Shown here: piece by piece, positions 1 to 9,100 of the stretch
How positions within the stretch are numbered: the first letter of the stretch is position 1
Layout: the number at the start of each line of letters is the position of its first letter
Source: Leptolyngbyaceae cyanobacterium
GTDB lineage: Bacteria > Cyanobacteriota > Cyanobacteriia > Phormidesmidales > Phormidesmidaceae
Assembly: GCA_965263355.1 (NCBI GenBank)
Contig: CBDHHL010000032.1
Location: forward strand, 1,152,001-1,216,000
Direction of reading: 5' to 3'
Length of the DNA: 64,000 nucleotides
The notes under the pieces: generated by a model
Databases searched by the model: none
The model's input: the letters and a program-made list of their open reading frames with translations, nothing else
What the model was told of the DNA's origin: nothing
Translations under genes and position numbers: made by a program

Positions 1-656
1 TCGCAATCGCTCAAAAACGTCAGGAAAGCTTTATGGCAGAAGCTGCCCGTGCTCAGGCAGAGGCCTCGGTGCAAACTGCCACAGAAGTAGAAGAAGCCGA
101 AAGAGCTAGACAGCTTGCCGTTATTGAAGCTGAGCAAAGGGCCCAGGAAGTTAAGATTGCCGACCAAAACGTGGTAGAAATTGAAGTCTTTCGCCGTCGG
201 CGTCAGGCGCAGGTGGCTAAGGAAGCAGCCGAGCTGGAAGCGGAAGCAATTCGTACTCTAGCAGAGGCCAATAAAGATAAGGCCCTGGCAGAAGCCGATG
301 GTATTCGTTCCCAGATAGAAGCCAAGAATATTATTAGTGATGCCAATTTGACTGCTGATGTGTTGCAAACTATTTGGCCTGATTTAGCAGAGCGCTTACC
401 AGAGGTTCTACAAGCCCTGGCACCTCAACCAGGAGTGTTGGGAGATACTCGGGTATATTCATTTCCTGGTGCCAATGGGGGAAATGGGGCTCAGGACATT
501 AATAAGCTACTGCTCTCTACCAGTGGTTTATCGTTAATTAACTCTCTCTTAGAGGATGGCAAATTAGGGAACGTAGTTGGTAAAGTTAGCCAGTTGTTAC
601 AGAATAAGACAGCAGAGGTGACTGAAATGAATCCGGAACCTCCTGAAGCCAGTTGA
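1..656 (+). CDS. Flotillin/SPFH family protein, C-terminal part (runs in from window start)
   Basis: Ala/Glu-rich coiled-coil (AEAEAIRTLAEA...AEADG) typical of flotillin C-terminal repeats; ORF open to the window edge. Confidence 0.75.
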   Translation, partial: AIAQKRQESFMAEAARAQAEASVQTATEVEEAERARQLAVIEAEQRAQEVKIADQNVVEIEVFRRRRQAQVAKEAAELEAEAIRTLAEANKDKALAEADGIRSQIEAKNIISDANLTADVLQTIWPDLAERLPEVLQALAPQPGVLGDTRVYSFPGANGGNGAQDINKLLLSTSGLSLINSLLEDGKLGNVVGKVSQLLQNKTAEVTEMNPEPPEAS

Positions 657-675
657 CGACTAGTTAAGAAAATGT

Positions 676-713
676 CCTAAAAAGCCTTGGCTTACGATCC
701 AGGGCTTTTTAGG
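676..713 (+). terminator. Rho-independent terminator after flotillin gene
   Basis: CCTAAAAAGCCTTGG...CCAGGGCTTTTTAGG inverted repeat with A/T tracts on both sides. Confidence 0.7.
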
Positions 714-935
714 CTTGATTAGCCTAGGCGCTTACACTTATCCAATCAGTCTAAATTTTTCAGGGTCAATAGTTAGTTCTTAAAGTTTGCTTACCAGTTT
801 CTCAGCTGAGTAATGAGCGATAACTATTTCATTACAGCAACTTTATGACATGTACATCAGATGACTACGAAAATACTTCCCTGTAATTGAAGTTATTGCC
901 AGTGTGCTCAAGGCAATAAATTAGGAATCGTAGTT

Positions 936-1754
936 ATGGATAGACTGAAGATAACATCAAGGTTAATAGGGTGTGGGCTGATTGCAGGCTTGACAGTACT
1001 AAACGTACGTCCAGCCATAGCATTTCATGATGAGACTGATACCCTAGAGGCTTTGGTACCTGGTTCTAATGATTTTTCAGCTCATGCGGGTGATGTGATC
1101 AAAATTCGTGCCCAGAGTTCAGATGGTAATACGACGTGTTTGCCAGATGTGACTCCCACAGAAGAGTTGCTGCTGCTGGGTGAGGTAAAGCGAACTGCTA
1201 GCGATCGCACCTATGTATTTCAGGTTTATCAGGATGGTACCTATGAGTATCGGTTGCCAACGCCTTTAGATGAAACGGGGAGTTGTTCCATAACCGTGGG
1301 TGTGGCGACACGGTATGAAACATTGATGCTTGAGGCACGGGAGTTAGAGCGTAATAGCTATTGGGTTGCAGCTGAAGGGCAAGTTTCTCAAGCTCTGCAA
1401 ATGCAAAATGATGCACTAGCGCTTTACCAACAAGCAATTGAGTTGGAACCAGACTATCCTGATGCCTATAAGCGAGTGTTAGGGCTGTTGTTAGAAATTA
1501 ATGTGACTGATTTTGATCCAGAACAAGGTGATCTGGATGAGCTAGGAGAAGTTTTTCTGCGTTGGCCAGATTCAGTGCGGATATCTATGCTGACACATTT
1601 AGAGACACTGGCTCAGATCTATGAAAAATCTCCTGATTGGCGAGAAGATAAAGGGGATGATCCTTTATTCCTAAAGGGTTTTGCCGATTTTGTTCGGACT
1701 GGGAATGCACCTGATGTAGTAAGAGAGCTATTACTGGAAGGTCGAGGGGGTTAG
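936..1754 (+). CDS. Secreted hypothetical protein with beta-sandwich (PPC-like) N-domain and one TPR-like repeat
   Basis: Signal peptide ending PAIA; ALALYQQAIELEPDYPDAY TPR-like motif. Confidence 0.55.
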   Translation: MDRLKITSRLIGCGLIAGLTVLNVRPAIAFHDETDTLEALVPGSNDFSAHAGDVIKIRAQSSDGNTTCLPDVTPTEELLLLGEVKRTASDRTYVFQVYQDGTYEYRLPTPLDETGSCSITVGVATRYETLMLEARELERNSYWVAAEGQVSQALQMQNDALALYQQAIELEPDYPDAYKRVLGLLLEINVTDFDPEQGDLDELGEVFLRWPDSVRISMLTHLETLAQIYEKSPDWREDKGDDPLFLKGFADFVRTGNAPDVVRELLLEGRGG

Positions 1755-1843
1755 AGAGAGTATATGGGGTGTGATTGATTGCAACTAATTTTCAGCTGGT
1801 ACCAGCTACTCTTGCTGATACCAGGCAAACTAAAGATGCACGA

Positions 1844-2890
1844 CTAGGCCGTACGATGTTGATTTTGTAGTTGTCGACTCTTTGCTACGTGTTGGGCGGC
1901 TTCAACGGTAGAAATATTAGCACTGCTGGCATAATTAAAAATTTCTAGTAATGTACCATAGATACTGTGAATATGATTGTTTACCTTGGTTGTTTGGTAC
2001 CCAATTAATTCGTGATAGACATTAATAAGCCCACCCGCATTAATGACAAAATCAGGACAATAAAGAATCCCTTTTTGCTTGAGTGATACTGCATCTTGAG
2101 ATGCATTTGCTAGTTGGTTGTTTGCACACCCTGCAATAATTGGAGCCTTGATGTTTTGCAACGTAAATTGATTAATCACACCACCCAATGCACAGGGTGA
2201 AAATACATCGGCATCTAGCCCCATTATTTGATTAGGAGGAACAACGGTTGCTTGATAGCGTTGTTGTATCCAGGCTGTTTTCTGGGTATCTAAATCACTG
2301 ACAAACAACTGAGCACCTTGTTCTGATAGATCATGACAGAGGGCTTGGCCCACATTGCCTAAGCCTTGAATTGCTACTTTTAAGCCCCTCAGAGTGTGAG
2401 ATTGCCATCGAAATGCTACGGCTGCTTTAATGCCCAATAGCACACCTTGAGCTGTTGCGATCGCAGGTCCTCCTCCTTTTTCTTCAACTCCAACAACATG
2501 ATTAGTAATTTGATGCATGGTGCGAACATCTTGAGCATTCAGGTTAACGTCTTGCCCGGTAACAAATCGACCACCCAGGCTATCGACAAAACGAGCATAG
2601 GCTTTGAGTAAGGTGTCTGTTTTTGCATCAGGATGGGCAATAATTACCCCCTTTGCGCCTCCAACCGGAATCTTGGCACAAGCGGCCTTATAGGTCATGC
2701 CTCGGCTTAGGCGCAGAACATCTTTCAGAGCATCGGCTTCATCAGTGTAGGGCCAGAGACGCGTGGCCCCCATAGCCCACCCAGGTGTGGTGTCATGTAA
2801 GGCGATAATGGCCTTTAGCCCTGTAGCCCTATGGCGACAGTACAAAACCTGCTCGTGGTCTGAACTTTGAATTGTTTGAAAGAGTTCCAT
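1844..2890 (-). CDS. scyB: Glu/Leu/Phe/Val dehydrogenase family, ScyB-like tryptophan dehydrogenase
   Basis: HEQV, AMGATR, SRGMTYKAACA, TGQDVN, GGPA, RWQS, QGLGNVG, PCALGG, ANNQL, INAGG; these match my recollection of Nostoc punctiforme ScyB/TrpDH better than Bacillus LeuDH (GGTR, TAEDV). Confidence 0.8.
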   Translation of the reverse strand: MELFQTIQSSDHEQVLYCRHRATGLKAIIALHDTTPGWAMGATRLWPYTDEADALKDVLRLSRGMTYKAACAKIPVGGAKGVIIAHPDAKTDTLLKAYARFVDSLGGRFVTGQDVNLNAQDVRTMHQITNHVVGVEEKGGGPAIATAQGVLLGIKAAVAFRWQSHTLRGLKVAIQGLGNVGQALCHDLSEQGAQLFVSDLDTQKTAWIQQRYQATVVPPNQIMGLDADVFSPCALGGVINQFTLQNIKAPIIAGCANNQLANASQDAVSLKQKGILYCPDFVINAGGLINVYHELIGYQTTKVNNHIHSIYGTLLEIFNYASSANISTVEAAQHVAKSRQLQNQHRTA

Positions 2891-2936
2891 GGTTTTGAGT
2901 TCTTAATACAATAACAGTCGACAATTATTGGGATGG

Positions 2937-4178
2937 TTAAGCTTGAGCACAAATCAGTGAAACCAGGGGCACGCCGTTATAACCAAAATTGAGGTAATGA
3001 TCAGCATGCTTTTGCAGAGTAAGTATGGGCGAGATGATCAAGGCATCAGTGCAGGAGGGGTTTAAGGTATAACCGCTCTGCTTTAGTCGGTTAACCCAGG
3101 ATTGAGCAGTTTCGTGGCGTTCAATACGGGCAGTGTTATCAGCTTTTAGTACATCAACAACTTCACGACCAAAGAAGCAGGTTTTTAAGCCATTTTTGCT
3201 TTGCTGATCAATTGCCAGAACGTCGATCATTTTGAAGACACTACTATAATGACGCCAGCAATTTTGAAATCGAATACGAAAGTCTGGCTCCAGATGATCG
3301 GTGTTAGGCTCAGATAAGACAATGAGTGCTGGATTGAGCTGATGCAGACGCTGTAGCATTTCTGTGCGTACATCTTGCCCAGCTTTATCACAAATATGAT
3401 GTAATGCAAAAGAAGCGTTTATGATAGGGCGATCACATTGATCCTTCAATTGTTGCCAGTCTTGAGCATTGAGATCTTCAATGCCATTACGAAACGCGGT
3501 AAAGGTAACATCAAGCCCAAGCTCATAGGCAGCAGCTAAGATTGTTTGTTGGGCTAGAGATAGGCTTTGTAATGAGGGTTCTATCCCAATAATGTTGACC
3601 CGTTGAGGTTTTCTATGTAGACAGGCTAACTGGTGAAGCAACTCGACCATTTGCCTGCCAGTCCCAATGCCGATATCAATCAGTGTGATATCATCGCGTC
3701 CATTGCAGGCGTCAATGAGTAAGCCGGTTGCGAGTTCGCTGATTTGTGAGACTAAAGGTACCTGGTTGGCTAACAGATTAAACAGTTGAATTTGTGGGAT
3801 TTCATAGGGTTTTAGGTAAAGATTGGCTTTGTCGGCCACACTATTAGAGAGGCGCTCTGCCAGGGCACGGGCAAAAATTAAATGAGCGATCGCATTGGAA
3901 TCAGTGGCGATATTGAGACTATCTAACAACTGGTTTAACTGAGCTTGAGCTGCACACATGTTCCCTTGCGCAATCAAATCTACAACGTTGAAAAGTCTCG
4001 TTTGATTCAAACTTGTTTGATTACGGTTAATGGTGACTGTGGGTTCAACCGGATAATGCTCTAACATCATCCTCACTCTAATATCAGTAATCGGTGCTAA
4101 TGTCTTCAGATTAGGTGTCATCAGTGTGCCTCTTTCAATAGTTTGTGGACTCTCGATTAACAAAAGATTAGGCGACAA
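2937..4178 (-). CDS. Bacterial GRAS-domain protein (Rossmann methyltransferase fold); true start may be a downstream Met
   Basis: LRI-like FARALAERL; VHIID-like ITLIDIGIGTGRQM; INASFALHHI; PFYRE-like LNPALIVLSE...RFQNCWRHYSSVF; SAW-region FGREV...RIERHETAQSW...GY. Confidence 0.88.
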   Translation of the reverse strand: MSPNLLLIESPQTIERGTLMTPNLKTLAPITDIRVRMMLEHYPVEPTVTINRNQTSLNQTRLFNVVDLIAQGNMCAAQAQLNQLLDSLNIATDSNAIAHLIFARALAERLSNSVADKANLYLKPYEIPQIQLFNLLANQVPLVSQISELATGLLIDACNGRDDITLIDIGIGTGRQMVELLHQLACLHRKPQRVNIIGIEPSLQSLSLAQQTILAAAYELGLDVTFTAFRNGIEDLNAQDWQQLKDQCDRPIINASFALHHICDKAGQDVRTEMLQRLHQLNPALIVLSEPNTDHLEPDFRIRFQNCWRHYSSVFKMIDVLAIDQQSKNGLKTCFFGREVVDVLKADNTARIERHETAQSWVNRLKQSGYTLNPSCTDALIISPILTLQKHADHYLNFGYNGVPLVSLICAQA

Positions 4179-4214
4179 CTTTTTATCTCGAATGGTGAAA
4201 GTATCTGGTGTGAC

Positions 4215-5036
4215 TTAAAAAGCCTGGTTGTCTCGGATGTGTGAGTCATTAAATAGAAGAGCGGTGGTTGCTTGCTGCATAATATCAGTCGTATCAAATA
4301 AATCGCCGTTGTAAATTTGGAGTTGTTCAGGGCAGTCTTGCCAAATTTGTTGCCAGCCGTCGGGAAAGCGGGTGTGATGGATGAGTTCAGCGCCATTGGG
4401 CCCCCAGGCTGCTTCAAATATCAGGCTGTCATTGTCTGATTCTGCGTCGGTATCGCCTGGCGTTTGAATGCCGAGACGGTCATAGAGATTAATCAGGGTT
4501 CCGTCCTGGGTGTAGCTTATGCCATTGCCACAGTAATCGGCTCTGGCCATGCGGGTGCAGGCCTGATGATAATCTCTTAGGGAAGTACCCTGCTCTGTTT
4601 GCCAAGGGCGATAGCCCCACAGGGCACATTTGGCGATAACACCGCTGGTGCAGGCAAATGTGATTTCGTCGTTGGCAACATAGGCTCCGGTGTCGTCCCA
4701 TTCACCCTGGAGGGGAATGACTTTAGTGCTGCCATCGGGAGCGGGGTTACACAGGTTATGCCACTCAAAGGTATCGGGGTCTTGATACTGGATGGTGTAG
4801 AGGTAGGTTTCTTGCTGGGGATCGTTGTTATCCAACTCTGGGTCGGTAACTTTGATGGTGAGAGATGCACCGCTGGTCGTTTCCAGGGTGGTGGGCCTAT
4901 CTTGCAGTTGTCCTTCAACATAGAAGGGGACCTGTAATGTTAATCCATGGCCTGGTAATACTGCTTGAGAGAAGCTTAGGGCCGAGACCGTAAGTAAAAG
5001 TGGATTGATTAGAGAGGATAGAGTTACGAATCGCAT
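4215..5036 (-). CDS. Secreted ADYC-domain protein
   Basis: Hydrophobic N-terminal signal; FACTSGVIAKCALWGYRPW, HQACTRMARADYCGNG, FEAAWGPNGA signature motifs. Confidence 0.85.
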   Translation of the reverse strand: MRFVTLSSLINPLLLTVSALSFSQAVLPGHGLTLQVPFYVEGQLQDRPTTLETTSGASLTIKVTDPELDNNDPQQETYLYTIQYQDPDTFEWHNLCNPAPDGSTKVIPLQGEWDDTGAYVANDEITFACTSGVIAKCALWGYRPWQTEQGTSLRDYHQACTRMARADYCGNGISYTQDGTLINLYDRLGIQTPGDTDAESDNDSLIFEAAWGPNGAELIHHTRFPDGWQQIWQDCPEQLQIYNGDLFDTTDIMQQATTALLFNDSHIRDNQAF

Positions 5037-5081
5037 GGTTAATACCTGAAATATTAGACCAGTGAAATTTTCAATCAGGGA

Positions 5082-5128
5082 AACCAGAGTTCACAGTTTA
5101 GAGAAGAAATAGAAAGAGAACTCTGGTT
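5082..5128. promoter_or_regulatory. Intergenic stem-loop between repeat-protein and ADYC genes
   Basis: AACCAGAGTTC (5082-5092) and GAACTCTGGTT (5118-5128) form a perfect 11-bp inverted repeat with a 25-nt loop. Confidence 0.55.
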
Positions 5129-5157
5129 CCGTGTTGTTGGGCGATGGTTAAGCTCTC

Positions 5158-5832
5158 TTATTTGGCAGCATGACCGTCTAATGAAGTGCCCTGTGTACCA
5201 TTGCTTTTAGGGGCATGACCACTTAAGGAGATGCCGTTGTGCATAGCTTTAGGGGCATGACCATTCAAGGAAGTGCTTTGGACAGCATGCCCTTTGGCAG
5301 CATGACCATTAGGAGCCTGTCCGTCTGGGGAGGAGCTGTTTATGGCCAATCTCTTAGGAGCTTGTCCGTCTAAGGAAGAGCTGTTTATGGCCAATCTCTT
5401 AGGAGCTTGTCCGTCTAAGGAAGAGCTGTTCGGTAATGTAACTTTAGGAGCCTGTTCGTTTAGGGAAGAGCCGTTTATGGCCAACCCCTTAGGAGCTTGT
5501 TCGTCTAAGGAAGAGCTGTTTTGACTGATTGCTTTAGGAGCCTGTCCGTTTAGGGAAGAGCTGTTAAACGTTGCTGCTTTAGGTGCATGACCATTTAAAG
5601 AAGTACCATTATTGATTGCTTTAGGAGCCTGTCCGCGTAAGGAAGAGCTGTTAAGCACTACTCTGTCCTTATCACTTTTGGGAGATAGTGGCTGGAAAAA
5701 GGAGGCTTTTGCCGAATTTGCTTTAGGGGATGAGTTTTCTAAAGAGACTGTGTTGGCATTGGCGATTGTTGTCAAGCTTAGTACAGATGTAAATGCACAA
5801 GCGGCGGCCATAGAGAAAGAAATGCGCTTCAT
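5158..5832 (-). CDS. Secreted low-complexity protein with about 11 NSSSL(N/D)GQAPK repeats
   Basis: Sec-type signal ending IANA; ~15-aa repeat made of three pentapeptides; GGAG RBS upstream. Confidence 0.85.
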   Translation of the reverse strand: MKRISFSMAAACAFTSVLSLTTIANANTVSLENSSPKANSAKASFFQPLSPKSDKDRVVLNSSSLRGQAPKAINNGTSLNGHAPKAATFNSSSLNGQAPKAISQNSSSLDEQAPKGLAINGSSLNEQAPKVTLPNSSSLDGQAPKRLAINSSSLDGQAPKRLAINSSSPDGQAPNGHAAKGHAVQSTSLNGHAPKAMHNGISLSGHAPKSNGTQGTSLDGHAAK

Positions 5833-5896
5833 AGATTCAGACTCCTAATAGTTTGTGGGATTTTGGAAAGAACAGTTCGTTTGCTGTTCTGATAAC

Positions 5897-5938
5897 AGAG
5901 TATGGAAGTAGGCGTCCTGAAAACGTCCGCTGGCGTCC
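5897..5938 (-). promoter_or_regulatory. Putative SARP/BTAD-type activated promoter: three phased GGACG(CC/TT) heptamers plus TACTCT -10-like hexamer
   Basis: Minus-strand heptamers at 5938-5932, 5928-5922, 5917-5911 (10 and 11 bp period), then 8 nt, then TACTCT at 5902-5897. Confidence 0.5.
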
Positions 5939-6021
5939 TGGGAAAAAATAGCGTTGATCCTATGGCTTGAGATACGTTCGTATCCCTTGAAATCACTAGG
6001 CTACAGTGCCAATGTGACGCG

Positions 6022-6049
6022 AAAACGTCCTGAAGCCTCAGGACGTTTT
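6022..6049. promoter_or_regulatory. Perfect 12-bp inverted repeat (terminator of STAND gene and/or operator)
   Basis: AAAACGTCCTGA-AGCC-TCAGGACGTTTT; arms share the CGTCC core of the nearby direct repeats. Confidence 0.6.
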
Positions 6050-6127
6050 TCATATCTATGAAGAGCAAGTGTGCTAAAAAATTCCCCAAAAGGCATTCAC
6101 CCGGTGACCTGTTTGGGGCATAAAAAA

Positions 6128-9100
6128 TTATTCAACTGCCCCTAATGCTTTGAGTGCCGATTTTTGGGCCTCGGTTAATCCGGTGACATTGGCAATCTGC
6201 ATACCGGCGTAGGGTTTCAAAATATGAAAGGTAGAAAGGCGGGTGCCACTTTCCACATCCCAGAGGGTGATTTTCTCGTCCTCACCGCTGCAGGCCAACA
6301 GATGTCCGTTAGGATGAAGCGCCATAGACCATAGGGGAGCTTCGTGGGTAAGTACTTGCAGACATTCCCCTGTTTGCACATCCCAAATGCGGGCAGTGCC
6401 GTCATGGCTGGCACTGGCAATCAAGTGCCCATCTGGATGAATGGTCATGGCATATACCCAGCCGGTATGACCAGTGAGGGTACGGAAGCATTCGCTTGAT
6501 TGCAAATTCCATAGTTTAATGGTGCGATCGCCACTAGCACTAGCTAACCAAGTCTCAGGTAGATCATCCAAGGTAGCTCCAGACTGAGACGGACTAAACG
6601 CCACCGCATACATCCAATCGGTATGCTCCTGCAGCGTTTGGACGCATTCCCCAGATTCCACATCCCAAAGCTTGATCATATGATCAGCCCCAGCACTGGC
6701 CAGCTGTCGTCCATCGGGACTAAAGGCCACGGCCCAAACTTGGTTAGCATGTCCTGGCAGCTGCTGACAGCATTGCCCTGTGGTCAAATCCCAAATCCGC
6801 ACCACCGGTTGAATGCTGCCACTCGCTAATAGCTTTCCTTGGGGATGAAATGCTACACCATGGACCCACCCTGCCCGACCATCCAAAATTTGAATACTTC
6901 GGCCAGTGTCCCCATCCCACAGTCGAATGGTTTGATCAAATCCCCCTGTTGCTAGGATGGTTTGCAAGGTGCCGGACAGTTGCTGCTGAGCCACGGCCCA
7001 AACCCCACTGCTATGCCCTTCTAATGTCTTTAAACATTTGCCTGTCCGACTATCCCAAAGACGAATCAGGCTATCATCCCCGCCGCTAACCAGGGTGAAA
7101 TCATCATCACAAAAGGTGAGCGACCGAATGCAGTTGGTATATCCCTGCAGCGTTTGGACACATTGCTGTGTCTCCATATCCCACAACCGAATGGTTTGAT
7201 CAAAGCCACCGCTGGCTAACCTCTGCCCATCGGGACTAAAGCCCACTGCCCAGATTTGATCGGTGTGTCCTAGCAATGTGGCCAGACAGCTTTCGTTTTG
7301 GACATCCCACAAGCGCACCGTTTGATCATTACTGCCACTGGCGAGCATCTGTCCATCGGGGCTAAAGGCAATTGCCCAGATTTGATCGGTATGGGCCATC
7401 AACGTACTTAAGCATTGGCCCGTTTCAAGATCCCATAGACGAATCGTTTGGTCAGCTCCAGCGCTAGCAAGCATCTCTTGAGTGGGGTGTAGGGTAACGG
7501 ACCAAACCGGAGCCTGATGACCTTGAAAAACGGTAACACAGTCTCCTGAGTCCACATCCCACCAACGCACTACCTGAGCGGCATGCCCCGTGGCCAAATG
7601 AGTTCCCCTCGGATTAAAGGCTACAGAACGGACCAATCCCCCCTGGCTCTCCAGGGTGTGTAAACATTCGCCAGTTGTAGCATCCCACAGCTTGGCCGTT
7701 TGGTCTTCGCTGCCGCTAGCTACCCGCTGTCCATCGGGGCTAAAGGCCACGGACCACACCACGCTGGTGTGATCCTGCAGTATTTTCAAACATTGGCCTG
7801 AGGGTACATCCCAAAGCCGCACCGTATAGTCAACGCTGCCACTGACCAGGGTTTTGCCATCGGGGCTAAAGGCGATGGACCACACCCATCCCTTATGGCC
7901 CTGCAACGTCATCAGAGGTTGTCCATCAGTAACACGCCAAATCTGAACGTTGTAATTGTTGTCTCCCATCGCCAGGAGTGTCCCATCGGGACTAAAGGCA
8001 ATGGATAGAGCACTGCCAAAGGCCTGGGTAAACACCGACCTTACAAATTGTGCATGGGAAACATCGAGTTGGTGAAGCGTTGTTCCCTGAAGATAGGCCT
8101 GACGAATAGTGAGCTGGGAAAAATCTAAGTTGCTGGTGTCTAACTGGTTTTGACAGCAAAGATTGAGCAAATTCCCGCCGGCGTAGCTGGCACGATGAAC
8201 TTCGGTGTCGTGAATAGCCGTTAAAATCTGCTGAATTTGTTGCGTTAGGGCTATGGATGATGATGCTTGATTAACCTGCTCAAGGATGGGTTGCAAAATC
8301 AGGCGACATTGACTTTCACGAATAAAGTCTTGAACTGTTGCTTTGATGAGGGCATAGGCCGAGAGATGTGGCAGTTCAGCTGCAGCCTCCCTAAGTGTTT
8401 CGTCAAAATAGCTAATATCCAAAAGTTCATCGCTGACGGCTTCGATCAAACAGACCGTGACATATTCCATGACAACGGATTGTTGGGTGTAGGTATTACC
8501 CCGGCGTTCAATTAGCGATCGCCAACAGAGCGACTCTAGGGTTTCCAACAACAGTCGTTTAGAACACCGAGGATAAATATCAGCCCTCAGCTCTGGAATG
8601 CTGGTCCACTCCCGGTTAATCGCCAGCCAATACATCACCGTCTTTTCTAGAGGACTGAGCCGATCAAATTGTCGATCAAGTAGCTTTTTTGCGCCGTTAA
8701 ATAGAAGGGTATCCTCTTCTAAAAAAAGAGAGATGTCTCCGGAAAACACATCCCGTATCGAACCGCCGACAATTTGCAATGCCAAAGGGCTATATCCATA
8801 TCGTTTCCCCAGTTGTTCTTTTTGCACCTGGGTACCGACCAGTTGCTTAGCGTCTAGTACTGCCAGAGCGGCTTCGGGAGAACCAGCAACTTGGAGCGAT
8901 CGCACCGACTGGTTGATGCTTTCAAATGTCGAAATTTCAGCCGGTTTTTCACGACTTGTGATCATCAGGCAGCTCTGATGATTTGCCTGTCCCACCACTT
9001 GAATCAATTCACCGTAGTTTTCATAGCCGTCTCGAAACTGTCCGGCGCGTTCGCCTCCCTTGAGGATGGTTTCGCAATTATCCAAAACTACCAGACACCG

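Noticed and set aside
936..1754. Membership of the secreted TPR gene in the GRAS system
   Set aside because: Convergent orientation and no shared motif; no evidence without comparative genomics
1844..2890. Scytonemin biosynthetic cluster
   Set aside because: No scyA, scyC-F, ebo or trp genes adjacent
5342..5848. Plus-strand ORFs with repeated LGACPSKEELF resembling RiPP cores
   Set aside because: Antisense shadows of the minus-strand repeat gene, which has a signal peptide, RBS and operon context
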